A stretch of 64,000 bases of DNA from Candidatus Eiseniibacteriota bacterium (GTDB lineage: Bacteria; Orphanbacterota; Orphanbacteria; Orphanbacterales; Orphanbacteraceae): contig JBDROZ010000003.1 in assembly GCA_043809585.1 (NCBI GenBank), positions 1 through 64,000 of the forward strand, in the 5' to 3' direction. The translations under genes and the position numbers were made by a program. The notes under the pieces are model-generated. The model made no database searches and was not told the DNA's origin. It was given only the letters and a program-made list of their open reading frames with translations. Every line of letters begins with the position of its first letter. Within the stretch, counting starts at the first letter, position 1. Below are positions 47,481-57,316 of this stretch, piece by piece.

Positions 47481-49346
47481 CTAGAGGCGGCCGGCGAGAT
47501 GATCCCTGTACGCCCCTTCCGCGAGGGTCCGGAGCGGAAAATCGTGGGCGATCCAAAAGATGTTGCGCCTCTCCCATCCCGGTGCGAATCCCTCCGGAAA
47601 GCCGGCGAGGAGCCGCTCCCGGTCGGGGATCCTGCCCCGGAGACGCTCGACCATGAAGAGGGAGAAGTAGATCGTGTTCCTCTCCACCGGGTCCGGGGGG
47701 ATGGCGCGGCGGAGAAACTCCCTGGCGTACCTTTCCCGGTACGATTCGGGGGAGGCGGACCGGCGGGCGAGAAGCCGGACCGAGCCGTTTCGGAAACGGC
47801 CGATCTCCTGGTGCTGCGGGTAGAGCCGGGCGGCGAGCGCCCCGGCGGGCCCCCGGACCAGCATGTAGTCGGCGAGGTCCGTCACAACGTCCCGGTCCAG
47901 GGTCCCGTAGGCCCGGGGCCAAGTCGCCCGGCGGTTGTACGCGTTGATCGCCGGGAAGTAGAAGAGGTCCTCGAACCGCTCGTACGCCCGCTCCCTCCCC
48001 CTCTCCCACTGGGGCAGGTCGAGGTCGTACGACACGGCCGGGGCGAAGTACCAGGTGAGCCCCAGAGCCTCGTTCGGCCCGAAGCCGGCGAGGGCGATGC
48101 TCTTCGTGAACCGCCAGCGGTAGATGTCGATGCTCCCGCCCGGAGATGTCCGGTGCCGGTCTCTTTCCGCGTCCGCGGCGACCATGGAAAGCTCGATCCT
48201 CTTCGCCTCGAGGGGCCCGGTCATCCGGTAAGGCAAATCCACCAGATCCCGAGTCACCGCGAGATACTGGGCGAGGGCGACGGCCACGGCCGCCGCGGCG
48301 AGGGCCGGCCGGAGACGCCTCCCCCGGATCCTCTCGATGCCGGCGGTGACGAGGAGAAGGGCCGGCACCAGGCAGGGAGCCATGTGGCGGGGCTCCTTCA
48401 CGACCTGCATCGTCAGGACCAGGCAGGGGACGAGCCACCAGAGCCAGAGAACGATGAATCGGTCCCGGAGCGGCCCCGTCTTGCGCCCGCCGACTCGACG
48501 GCGAAGGGCGAAGGGGACGACCAGAAGGAACGCCAGGAACCAGAGCCCGGTCCGGCCCGTCTGCACGGCATAGTAGAGGAGGGAATCGAGGGAGAGCCGG
48601 TCGGGTGGCCCGAGGAGCCTCATGATCGGAATCCGGGTGTTGCCGAGGGAGAGATAGTATCGGAACGACTCGGGAGCGGCGAATCGGATCCCGAGGACCA
48701 CAGCGGCGGCCGGAAGGAGGGTCGCGGCGGCGAGGAGGGCCAGCCGCCGCCCCTCCCTCGCCCGTAGGGCGGACACCCCTTCGAACAGGACGGGCCCCAA
48801 GAAGAAGAGGGCGAAGGTCATCTTTATCAGAAGTCCGGCGGCGAAGAGCGCCCCGAAAAGGAGCGCGAAAGGCGCCCTCCGGAATCGGTCGGTGCGGAAC
48901 CAGACCGCGAAAGCGAGGGCGACCGCCGCCGTCAGAGTAAACTCGGTGTAGAGTTCCCGGGAGAGGCCGAGGAGCAGAGGGGCGCCGAGAACCAGCACGA
49001 GGGGGAAGGCCGGCGTGGTCCGGAGGCCGAAGGAACGGACGAGGAGGACGAGGGAGGCGGCGAGGACCAGCGCGGCGAAGAGATTCACGTGGAGGGCCGC
49101 CGCGGGGGTGTCCTTCACGGCGAGGAAGGGAACGACGAGATAGGGGAATGCGGACGCGACCGAGAAACCGCCCGCCGGCGCCCCCCCCTCCCGGAGGACC
49201 GAGGCGAAGTCGTGATACTGGGCGGGGTCCATCCAGGAGAACCCGTCCCGGTCCCGAATGTCCCGGTGCAGGTCGACGGCCCAGGCGGCGAGGAAGAGGG
49301 CGAGAATCAGCCAACCGATCCGGCCGAGGCGTTTCTTCCCTGCCAT
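47481..49346 (-). CDS. Multi-pass membrane protein, ArnT/PMT-like GT-C glycosyltransferase
   Basis: WMDPAQY early loop, YTEF, GLLIK, KEPRHMAP; many TM segments. Confidence 0.65.
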   Translation of the reverse strand: MAGKKRLGRIGWLILALFLAAWAVDLHRDIRDRDGFSWMDPAQYHDFASVLREGGAPAGGFSVASAFPYLVVPFLAVKDTPAAALHVNLFAALVLAASLVLLVRSFGLRTTPAFPLVLVLGAPLLLGLSRELYTEFTLTAAVALAFAVWFRTDRFRRAPFALLFGALFAAGLLIKMTFALFFLGPVLFEGVSALRAREGRRLALLAAATLLPAAAVVLGIRFAAPESFRYYLSLGNTRIPIMRLLGPPDRLSLDSLLYYAVQTGRTGLWFLAFLLVVPFALRRRVGGRKTGPLRDRFIVLWLWWLVPCLVLTMQVVKEPRHMAPCLVPALLLVTAGIERIRGRRLRPALAAAAVAVALAQYLAVTRDLVDLPYRMTGPLEAKRIELSMVAADAERDRHRTSPGGSIDIYRWRFTKSIALAGFGPNEALGLTWYFAPAVSYDLDLPQWERGRERAYERFEDLFYFPAINAYNRRATWPRAYGTLDRDVVTDLADYMLVRGPAGALAARLYPQHQEIGRFRNGSVRLLARRSASPESYRERYAREFLRRAIPPDPVERNTIYFSLFMVERLRGRIPDRERLLAGFPEGFAPGWERRNIFWIAHDFPLRTLAEGAYRDHLAGRL

Positions 49347-49445
49347 CGGACGATTGCCTCCCCTCCTCGGGCCCGTCCGCGATTGACCGGCGCGGAGCGG
49401 ACCCCGGGCCGGCGTCAGAGGTGCGATGGCCCGGCGGGGCCAAGG

Positions 49446-50162
49446 CTAACCTCGGGGGACCTGCGCCGGCGCCTGCTCCATCTCCTTCGACTTCTCGAAA
49501 CGGAACGGGGACATGCGGACCCAGCTCCCCTCGGACGGGACGCCGGGAAAGATGACCCGGATCAGACCCTCGGGCAGGAACATCAGTGATTTCAGGTCCT
49601 CCGGAAATGCCCGCACCTCGCCGCCGTAAAGGGAGACCCCCTCCGACTCGACGTGATCGAGGCTCTGCTTCATCGCCTCCAGGTCCTTCTCCACGTTGTT
49701 CCGCTGGACCTCGTCCGTGATGTTGGAAACCTGCTCCTCGACGAGCCGGATCTGCTCGGTCAGTCGGCTCCGCGCCTCCAGCTGCATGAGGGTGAGAGTG
49801 GAATCGACGGGGAGTGACGGATCGATCGGGTAGACCGCGCTGAATCCCTCCCATCCGTAGTACAGGTTCCGGTGGGTGGCGGAAATGTCCCGGAACATGT
49901 CGAAGTAGACGGCGGGCGGAACGTACCGGTTCAGGTTGATCGCCGCGTCGATCTCCATGTCGGCCTTGTTGAGACAGGCGTACTCGAGGGACTCGAAGGA
50001 CTTGGGGATCAGCCATTCGATCTTCTGGCTGAACGACTGAAGCGAATCCGGAATCGTCTTGATCTCCTTCCCCTCACCGCCCCCCTTCTTCCCACATCCG
50101 GCCAGGAAGACCAGGGCGGCCCCGAGGAGGATAGTCCTCCCGGCCGTCGATCGGTATCGCAT
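49446..50162 (-). CDS. Hypothetical lipoprotein
   Basis: [23 protein letters not shown] lipobox; GAGGAG RBS. Confidence 0.75.
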   Translation of the reverse strand: MRYRSTAGRTILLGAALVFLAGCGKKGGGEGKEIKTIPDSLQSFSQKIEWLIPKSFESLEYACLNKADMEIDAAINLNRYVPPAVYFDMFRDISATHRNLYYGWEGFSAVYPIDPSLPVDSTLTLMQLEARSRLTEQIRLVEEQVSNITDEVQRNNVEKDLEAMKQSLDHVESEGVSLYGGEVRAFPEDLKSLMFLPEGLIRVIFPGVPSEGSWVRMSPFRFEKSKEMEQAPAQVPRG

Positions 50163-50402
50163 GGTTCGCCGCACTCCTCTCCTCTCGGATTCAGGCTCGG
50201 TCCGAGATCGACTCGGCACCTCTTCGTTATCGTCCGCGCCGGGACCCGGCCGTTCGAAGGCGGATCGTATCACGCGCCGGGAGGGGACTCAAGGTCGGGA
50301 GGCCGCCGTTGACGCCCCCCTCCCGGAGCCCCTATACTCTTCGGAGCGCGGGGGCGCCGACTAGCCCCCTTTCGCGCTCTTTCGGCCCGTCGAGGCGACC
50401 TC

Positions 50403-51071
50403 ATGAATCCGAACGGCCCATGCTTCCCCGGCCCCTCCGGACCGGCCTCCCTGGCCGGGGGCCTTCGCTGGCTCGGGCACTCCTCCTTCCGCGTCGACGG
50501 ATCGAAGACGGTCTACATCGATCCGTGGAATCTCGGTCCCGGCCCTCACCCCCCGGCGGACCTCGTTCTCGTCACCCATCCCCATTACGATCATTGTTCC
50601 CCCTCCGACCTCGCCCGGATCCCGGGGATCGAGAGCGCGGAGATCGTGACCGTGGCGGACGGGGCGAGGAAGATCGGCCGGCCCTGCCGGGTGATCGCGC
50701 CCGGCGGGAGAACGACGGCGAAAGGGGTGGACGTCACGGCCGTGGCGGCGTACAACAAGGAGCGGCCCCACCACCCCCGTCTGAACGGCTGGGTCGGGTT
50801 CCTGTTCCGGATGGACGGCCGGACGATCTACCATGCCGGCGACACGGACCGGATTCCGGAGATGGCGGAGATACGCTGCCAGATCGCCCTCCTCCCGGTG
50901 GGGGGCTCGTACACGATGAACGCCGAGGAGGCGGCCCTCGCCGCCGGCGACATGGAAGCGGAACTCGCGGTGCCCATGCACTACGGCGGCCCGGCGGGGA
51001 CGGAGGAGGACGGGCACCATTTCCTCCGGCTATCCCCCGTCCCGGTCGCCCTGCTCCCGGCACGGCGTTAG
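50403..51071 (+). CDS. MBL-fold metallo-hydrolase
   Basis: WLGHSSF, IDPW, THPHYDH, YHAGDT, PMHY. Confidence 0.9.
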   Translation: MNPNGPCFPGPSGPASLAGGLRWLGHSSFRVDGSKTVYIDPWNLGPGPHPPADLVLVTHPHYDHCSPSDLARIPGIESAEIVTVADGARKIGRPCRVIAPGGRTTAKGVDVTAVAAYNKERPHHPRLNGWVGFLFRMDGRTIYHAGDTDRIPEMAEIRCQIALLPVGGSYTMNAEEAALAAGDMEAELAVPMHYGGPAGTEEDGHHFLRLSPVPVALLPARR

Positions 51072-51088
51072 CGGAGAGGAGAAGCCCC

Positions 51089-52171
51089 ATGGGCAATACA
51101 TTCGGGCACCTCTTCCGGGTCACCACCTGGGGCGAGTCCCACGGCGGCGGCGTGGGCGTGGTGATCGACGGTTGTCCCCCGCGGCTCGAGGTGGACGAGG
51201 CGGAGATCCAATCCGAACTCGACCGCCGCCGCCCGGGGCAGAGCGCGCTCACGACCCAGCGGAAGGAGACCGACCTGGTCCGCGTCTACTCGGGGATCTT
51301 CGAGGGGAAGACCCTCGGAACGCCGATCCTCCTCCTCGTGGAAAACCAGGACGCCCGGCCCGGAGAGTACGAAGACCTCCGCGACGTTTACCGCCCCTCT
51401 CACGCCGACTTCACCTACGAGGCGAAATACGGAATCCGGAACTGGCAGGGGGGCGGCCGGGCGAGCGCCCGGGAGACGGTGGGACGCGTCGCCGCGGGCG
51501 TAGTGGCCCGGAAGATCCTCCATCGGGAGGCGGAGACGGAGATCATCGCCTACGTCAAGTCGGTCCACGAAATCGACGCGACCGTCGACCCGGACCGGGT
51601 GAAGTTCCAGGACGTCGAGCAGAGCGAGGTGCGGTGTCCGGACGGGGAGGCGAGCCGGCGGATGGCGGAGTTGATCCGGGAGGCGAAGGAGGCGGGCGAT
51701 TCCCTCGGCGGCGTCATCGAGTGCGTGGCCCGGAAGGTGCCGGCCGGTCTCGGCGAGCCGGTATTCGACAAGCTGGACGCGGACCTCGCGAAGGCATTCC
51801 TCTCCATCCCCGCCACGAAGGGTTTCGAGATCGGCTCGGGGTTCTCCGCCACCCGACTGAAGGGGTCGGAGCACAACGACCCGTTCGTGCCGAAGGAAGG
51901 GCGGATCGGGACGTCGTCCAACCGCTCCGGCGGCGTGCAGGGGGGGATCTCGAACGGGGAGAACATCGTGGTGAGGATCGCCTTCAAGCCGACCGCCACG
52001 ATCGCCAAGATGCAGAAGACCGTCTCCCGGGAGGGGAAGATCGCCGAAATCCGTCCCCGAGGACGCCACGACCCGTGCGTCCTTCCCCGGGCCGTCCCGA
52101 TCGTGGAGGCGATGATGGCGATCACCCTCGCCGATCACCTGCTCCGGCAGAATGCCCTCCGGGGACGCTGA
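51089..52171 (+). CDS. aroC: Chorismate synthase
   Basis: [32 protein letters not shown]. Confidence 0.96.
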   Translation: MGNTFGHLFRVTTWGESHGGGVGVVIDGCPPRLEVDEAEIQSELDRRRPGQSALTTQRKETDLVRVYSGIFEGKTLGTPILLLVENQDARPGEYEDLRDVYRPSHADFTYEAKYGIRNWQGGGRASARETVGRVAAGVVARKILHREAETEIIAYVKSVHEIDATVDPDRVKFQDVEQSEVRCPDGEASRRMAELIREAKEAGDSLGGVIECVARKVPAGLGEPVFDKLDADLAKAFLSIPATKGFEIGSGFSATRLKGSEHNDPFVPKEGRIGTSSNRSGGVQGGISNGENIVVRIAFKPTATIAKMQKTVSREGKIAEIRPRGRHDPCVLPRAVPIVEAMMAITLADHLLRQNALRGR

Positions 52172-52203
52172 CCGGCCCTCGGGCTCTCGACGGTTCCTGC
52201 CTT

Positions 52204-52608
52204 TCAGAATTGTCTTTCGTAGCGCTTCCGGTCGAACTCTTCCTTCTCACGGTCGATCCAGTACGTCCCGGCTTCCGGATCGATCTTCCTGTCGAGGAGA
52301 TCCTTTCCGAGCAGGCGGAGGAGGAGACCGATCGGCGTGAAAAGAACATAGAAGATCACGATCAGGATCAGCCGCGTGTTGAACCAGCCGAGGGCGCGGG
52401 CGATCTTCGTCAGGACCCAGTGGACCGGACGGACCAAGGGCGGAAAGAGGAGCGCCGAGAGGAGCCCCCAGAGGGCAAAGAGATAGAACACGAAGGCCGT
52501 GGTCCGGTGGTCCCTCCAGAGCCAGACCGACCCGATCCCGCCCGCCACCACGATCAGGGCGATCGAGAACTTACGGAGCTCTTTGCGGTCCGGCGCGTTC
52601 GGCGTCAT
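52204..52608 (-). CDS. SxtJ-family membrane protein
   Basis: ELRKF, LGWFNTRLIL..IFY..FTPIGLL.RL.GKD.L, TYW, YERQF. Confidence 0.85.
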   Translation of the reverse strand: MTPNAPDRKELRKFSIALIVVAGGIGSVWLWRDHRTTAFVFYLFALWGLLSALLFPPLVRPVHWVLTKIARALGWFNTRLILIVIFYVLFTPIGLLLRLLGKDLLDRKIDPEAGTYWIDREKEEFDRKRYERQF

Positions 52609-52612
52609 GGCC

Positions 52613-54442
52613 TCAATCCAGTTCGAACTCGGACCGCCAGTCCGAGTCCCCGTCCAGCGGTTTCTGTTTCGTCTTGTCGAGGACGTAGTTCTCCATCACG
52701 AGGTAGTCCATCTCGGTCCGCATGAAGCAGAGATACGCGTCTTCCGGCGTGCAGACGATCGGCTCGCCCCGCACGTTGAAGGATGTGTTGATCACCACGG
52801 GGCAGCCCGTCTTCCCGCGGAAGGCGTCGATCAGCCGATGATAGCGGGGGTTCGTCTCCGCCGACACCGACTGGAGGCGCGCCGAGTAGTCGACGTGGGT
52901 GATCGCCGGCACCTCGGAGCGGGGCACGTTCAGCTTCGCGATGCCGAAGAGGCGCTGCTGCTCCTCGGTCATGGGGATCCGCTTCTCCTCTTTGACCCGG
53001 GCGACGAGAAGCATGTACGGGCTCTCCCGGTCGATCTCGAACCACTCGCTCGCCCGCTCGGCGAGGACCGTCGGCGCGAAGGGGCGGAACGACTCCCGGT
53101 ACTTGATTTTCAGGTTCATCACCGACTGCATCGTCCTCGACCTCGGGTCGCCGAGAATGGAACGGGAACCGAGGGCGCGGGGGCCGAACTCCATGCGCCC
53201 CTGGAACCAGCCGACCACCTTCTCGGCGGCGAGGAGTTCCGCCACGCGGTCGAAGAGGGCGTCGTCTTCGAGGCGCTCGAAGGCCGCCCCCTTCTTCTCC
53301 AGAAAGGCCCGGATCTTCTCGTCCTCGAACCGGGGGCCTAGGTATGATCCGCGCTGGGCGTCCCGGCCGGCGGGGGACGGACGGGGTTTTCCGAGATAGC
53401 GGTGCCAGCCGAAGAGGGCCGCGCCGAGGGCGCCCCCCGCGTCGCCCGCCGCCGGCTGGATCCAGATGTCGTCGAAGGGGCCTTCCCGGAGGATCTTGCC
53501 GTTGGCGACGCAGTTCAGCGCGACGCCGCCGGCGAGACAGAGGTTCTTCATCCCCGTCTCCCGGTGGACGGTCCGGGCCATCCGCATCATCACCATCTCC
53601 ACCACCTCCTGGACCGATCGGGCGAGATCCATCTCCCGGGGCGTGAGATCGCTCTCCGGCCTGCGGGGCGGCCCGCCGAAGAGATCGGCGAAGCGCCGGT
53701 TCGTCATGCTGAGGCCCGAAAGATAGTTGAAGTAGCGGAGGTCGAGACGGAAGGATCCGTCATCCTTGACGTCGATCAGATGTTCGAGAATCGCGTCCAC
53801 GTATTTCGGCTCGCCGTAGGGGGCGAGACCCATCACCTTGTACTCGCCCGAGTTTACCTTGAAGCCGGTGAAGTACGTGAACGCCGAATAGAGAAGGCCG
53901 AGGGAGTGGGGGAAATGGATCTCCTTCAGGATGCGCAAATCGTTCCCCCGCCCGACGCCGTAGCTCGTGGTCGTCCACTCGCCGACGCCGTCGATGGTGA
54001 GGAACGCCGCCTCGTCGAAGGGGGACGGGAAGAAGGCGGAGGCCGCGTGGGACTCGTGGTGCTCCGTGAAGAGGATCTTCCCTTCGTAGTCGAGCTCTTT
54101 CCGGATCAGGTCCTTCATGAACAGCTTCTGCTTCAGCCAGAGAGGGATCGCCTTGATCAGGGAACGGACGCCGAGGGGGGCGGTCACCAGGTAGGTTTCG
54201 AGGATACGCTCGAACTTCGTGAAAGGGCGATCGTAGAAGACGACGAAGTCGAGGTCTTTCGCGGTGATCCCCCCCTGCCGGAGACAAGACCCGACGGCCC
54301 GGTTCGGGAATCGGAAGTCGTGCTTCTTGCGGCTGAACCGTTCCTCCTGGGCGGCGGCGACGATGCGGCCGTCCCGGACGAGGGCGGCGGCGCTGTCGTG
54401 ATAGAACGCCGAAATCCCGAGGATGTTCACGGAAGCGGTCAT
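52613..54442 (-). CDS. O-carbamoyltransferase (NodU/CmcH family)
   Basis: ILGISAFYHDS, EERFSRKKH, HHESHAASAF, GEYKVMGLAPYG, EFGPRALG, NTSFNVRGEP. Confidence 0.93.
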   Translation of the reverse strand: MTASVNILGISAFYHDSAAALVRDGRIVAAAQEERFSRKKHDFRFPNRAVGSCLRQGGITAKDLDFVVFYDRPFTKFERILETYLVTAPLGVRSLIKAIPLWLKQKLFMKDLIRKELDYEGKILFTEHHESHAASAFFPSPFDEAAFLTIDGVGEWTTTSYGVGRGNDLRILKEIHFPHSLGLLYSAFTYFTGFKVNSGEYKVMGLAPYGEPKYVDAILEHLIDVKDDGSFRLDLRYFNYLSGLSMTNRRFADLFGGPPRRPESDLTPREMDLARSVQEVVEMVMMRMARTVHRETGMKNLCLAGGVALNCVANGKILREGPFDDIWIQPAAGDAGGALGAALFGWHRYLGKPRPSPAGRDAQRGSYLGPRFEDEKIRAFLEKKGAAFERLEDDALFDRVAELLAAEKVVGWFQGRMEFGPRALGSRSILGDPRSRTMQSVMNLKIKYRESFRPFAPTVLAERASEWFEIDRESPYMLLVARVKEEKRIPMTEEQQRLFGIAKLNVPRSEVPAITHVDYSARLQSVSAETNPRYHRLIDAFRGKTGCPVVINTSFNVRGEPIVCTPEDAYLCFMRTEMDYLVMENYVLDKTKQKPLDGDSDWRSEFELD

Positions 54443-54675
54443 GGACGATGCGCTCCTCCGGGGCGCGGCGCCCCCTTCTTCGGATCGGCAGGTGACGGGG
54501 GACCCCTGAGGGCCACCGGTCCCGGCCCGGCCGACGGGACTCATTGTAGCGCAAAGGGCAACGGCGGGGTAGCGGGGCGGGAACCCCGGCAGACTGGAGC
54601 GGGGAACGCCCGATCGAGTATGCTCCGTCCGAGACGAACCGGCTTCGCGTACTTCATGAAGGAGAACGAATCCCC

Positions 54676-55215
54676 ATGCTGAAGAGAGAGAACGCGGTCG
54701 TGGTGGTCGTGGACGTTCAGGACCGGCTGCTCCCCCATATCCGGAAGCACGAGGAAGTGACGGAGGCGGTGGCGAAGCTGATCCGCGGTTGCAGGGTGCT
54801 CGGTGTGCCCGTGGTGGTGACCGAGCAGTATCCCGAGGGACTCGGGCCCACGAACCGGCTCTTGAAGGAGGAGTTCGACCGGTGGGAGCCGATCGTGAAG
54901 TCGACCTTCTCCTGTTGCGGGGAGGGTTCCTTCGTGGAGGCGGTGGAGAAGACCGGGCGGAAGGAGGTCCTGCTCTGCGGCATCGAAGCCCACGTCTGCG
55001 TTTACCAGACGGCCCGGGACCTGCTCGAGAAGGGGTACCGGGTGCACCTCCTCGTGGACGGCGTCTCCTCCCGCCGCAAGATCGACCGGAAGACGGCGGT
55101 CGCCCGGATGGTGTCGATGGGCGCCATCCTCGCCACCGTCGAGATGGCCCTCTTCGAGATGCTGGAGGTGTCGGGCACGGAGGAGTTCAAGAAGATCAGC
55201 AAGATCGTGAAGTAG
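54676..55215 (+). CDS. Isochorismatase-family hydrolase
   Basis: VDVQDRL, TEQYPEGLG.T, K.TFSC, GIEAHVCVYQT. Confidence 0.92.
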   Translation: MLKRENAVVVVVDVQDRLLPHIRKHEEVTEAVAKLIRGCRVLGVPVVVTEQYPEGLGPTNRLLKEEFDRWEPIVKSTFSCCGEGSFVEAVEKTGRKEVLLCGIEAHVCVYQTARDLLEKGYRVHLLVDGVSSRRKIDRKTAVARMVSMGAILATVEMALFEMLEVSGTEEFKKISKIVK

Positions 55216-55217
55216 GC

Positions 55218-55386
55218 CGTGACCGGAAGCGATTTCTACTGCGGAAGCCGTCCCCGGGCTGCGAGGCCTCCTCTCCGTCGCCGCTTGCTCGAAGTAGCGA
55301 AGGCTACGCCTCCGCGAGCGGCTCGTCCGAGTCGGCCTCTCGCCGACGCGGCCGACTTCCTCGCTACGAAATCGCTTCCGGCCACG
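55218..55386 (-). repeat. GA-loop rod hairpin element, copy D
   Basis: Reverse complement arms cgtggccggaagcgatttc/gaaatcgcttccggtcacg; loops gtagcga/gcagta, ggcga/gcag, cggacga/gacggag, cggag/cga. Confidence 0.85.
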
Positions 55387-55408
55387 ACCTACAGGAAGAA
55401 TGAACAGA

Positions 55409-55471
55409 GGAAAGGAGGCCTCGCAGCCCGCGCTCGCGAACCGCAGCAGGAATCCCTCGGGCTCCGCGGGT
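55409..55471 (+). repeat. 3' half-copy of the GA-loop hairpin element
   Basis: ggaaaggaggcctc-gcag-cccgcgctcgcgaacc-gcagca-ggaatc...ccgcgggt, abutting the stop codon at 55472. Confidence 0.6.
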
Positions 55472-56110
55472 TCAGAGGCCGGCGATTCCGAAAAAGATCG
55501 ATCGGAAGATCGCGAGGAAGGGAGTGATGATCAACCAGAGGCCGCCTGTCACGAGAAGTCCGATGACGATGAACATGCCGTACGGTTCGAGGTCCCAGTA
55601 GACCTTCGCGACGCTCCGGGGCACGAAGGGGAGGATCACCCGCGAGCCGTCGAGGGGCGGGATCGGCATCAGATTGAAGAGGGCGAGAAGCACGTTGATC
55701 TCGATCGCGTACCTGAGCAAGTTCGAGGCGATGCTCCCGAACCCGCCCAGTCCGAGCCGGTAGAGGATCGCCGCGACGAAGGCCAGGATCAGGTTCGACG
55801 CGGGACCTGCCGCTCCGGTCTTCGCCATACCCACCATGGGGTCACGGAAATGGGTCGGGTTGATCGGCACCGGCTTCGCCCACCCGAACAGGAACCGGCT
55901 TCCGGTAGCGATGAGGGCGAGGGGGACGAGGACAGACCCGACGATGTCGACGTGGGCGAGGGGGTTCAGGGTAAGGCGCCCGGCCTTCTCCGCCGTCGGG
56001 TCTCCGAGACGGTTCGCCACGTAGCCGTGAGCGAACTCGTGGACCACGATGGAAAAGAAGAGCACGAAGAGAGGCGGCAGCGCTTCGACGACTCCAAAGC
56101 TCATGGGCAT
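55472..56110 (-). CDS. Site-2 protease (M50) family protein
   Basis: HEFAH, GDPT, FGWAKPVP, AAGPASN, FNLMPIPPLDG. Confidence 0.92.
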   Translation of the reverse strand: MPMSFGVVEALPPLFVLFFSIVVHEFAHGYVANRLGDPTAEKAGRLTLNPLAHVDIVGSVLVPLALIATGSRFLFGWAKPVPINPTHFRDPMVGMAKTGAAGPASNLILAFVAAILYRLGLGGFGSIASNLLRYAIEINVLLALFNLMPIPPLDGSRVILPFVPRSVAKVYWDLEPYGMFIVIGLLVTGGLWLIITPFLAIFRSIFFGIAGL

Positions 56111-56169
56111 GATTTCCTTTCGGTACTGGTAAAGTAGGGGCCCGCCGGGCAAAGCGCAAGGGATAAGGC

Positions 56170-56808
56170 ATGGGGAGGGATCCGGACATCTACCGCGCCG
56201 TCGACGCGGGCGGGACGGCGGAGACGAAGGTGAAGGGATCGAGGTTCCTCGGCCTCGCCTTCCCCGCCCCGACGGTCGAGGTCGCGGAGGAGATGATCGA
56301 AGCGCTCCGGAAGAAGCACTTCGACGCCACCCATGTCTGTTTCGCCTGGCGCGTGGGGCACGGACAAGAGGAGGCGCGGAGGATGGCGGATGCCGGGGAA
56401 CCTTCCGGGACGGCGGGGACGCCGATCATGCAGGTCCTGGAGCGCTCGGGAGTGTCGGACGGCGGGATCGCCGTGATCCGGTGGTTCGGCGGGGTCAAAC
56501 TCGGGACGGGGGGCCTCATCCGCGCCTACGGCGAGTGCGCCGGCCTCGCCCTCGAAGCCGCGACGATCGGAGAGCGCGTTCTCCGGAAGCCTCTCGAAGT
56601 GTCTTTCACCTACCCGCAGGCAAGCGCCGTCCTCCGCCTTGCCGAGAGGTACGGGGCCCTCGCCGACGAGTCCCACTACGGCGAAGAGGCCCGCATCCGC
56701 TTCGCCGTCCCCGCGAGCAAACTGCCGATCTTCCGGGACGCCCTCGTCGACGCCACCGCCGGCACCATTCGGTTCCTCTCCCAGCCGGGGTCAGACGCCG
56801 GTGTCTGA
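56170..56808 (+). CDS. yigZ: YigZ/IMPACT family protein
   Basis: KGSRF, ATHVCFA, DAGEPSGTAG.PI, RWFGGVKLGTGGL.RAY. Confidence 0.92.
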   Translation: MGRDPDIYRAVDAGGTAETKVKGSRFLGLAFPAPTVEVAEEMIEALRKKHFDATHVCFAWRVGHGQEEARRMADAGEPSGTAGTPIMQVLERSGVSDGGIAVIRWFGGVKLGTGGLIRAYGECAGLALEAATIGERVLRKPLEVSFTYPQASAVLRLAERYGALADESHYGEEARIRFAVPASKLPIFRDALVDATAGTIRFLSQPGSDAGV

Positions 56809-56951
56809 CCCTAACGAAATCCGCCACACAGGCTGAGGCCGGCGCGCTGCGGAATTCGCCGCTCCGCCCTAGCCCCCTGGCTCCCGGGCGATCCGTCCGC
56901 GGTCTCCTTCTCCTCTTGCGCTTTGCCGCCGCTCCCTATATTTTCCGGGGC

Positions 56952-57239
56952 ATGAGAGTCCTCCGCACCGCTCCGGGCCTGGCGCCTTTCCTCTTTCTCG
57001 TACTCCTGGTCGCGGCGGCGCCCCTGCCGGTTCCCCACGATCATGGCGTCGATGGCGCCGACCACGAGAGATGCCCGATCTGCCTCGCGGCCCATCGGGG
57101 GGGCGACGCGATTCTCACGGCCGGGGCGGTTGTTCCTTCCCCCCTTGTCTCCCGCCCCCTCGCGCCGGCGCCCCCCGCTCCGGCTCCCGTCCCCATCGAC
57201 GGTCCCCGTCTGGTGAACCGGGGTCCTCCCTCGCGCTGA
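56952..57239 (+). CDS. DUF2946-like leader peptide (signal-like segment, HDH/CxxC, Pro-rich, C-terminal RGPP)
   Basis: MRVLRTAPGLAPFLFLVLLVAAAPLPVPHDHGVDGADHERCPICLAAH...PAPPAPAPVP...NRGPPSR. Confidence 0.75.
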   Translation: MRVLRTAPGLAPFLFLVLLVAAAPLPVPHDHGVDGADHERCPICLAAHRGGDAILTAGAVVPSPLVSRPLAPAPPAPAPVPIDGPRLVNRGPPSR

Positions 57240-57316
57240 TCCGTTTCGACGATCGCCGTCCGCCCTTGGGAGGGGCGGTTCGTGAATGCGGATCTCGCAA
57301 CCGGGAGGAACGTTCC

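Noticed and set aside
52204-54442. Saxitoxin biosynthesis
   Set aside because: No sxtA, sxtG or other core genes; sxtI/J homologs are widespread.
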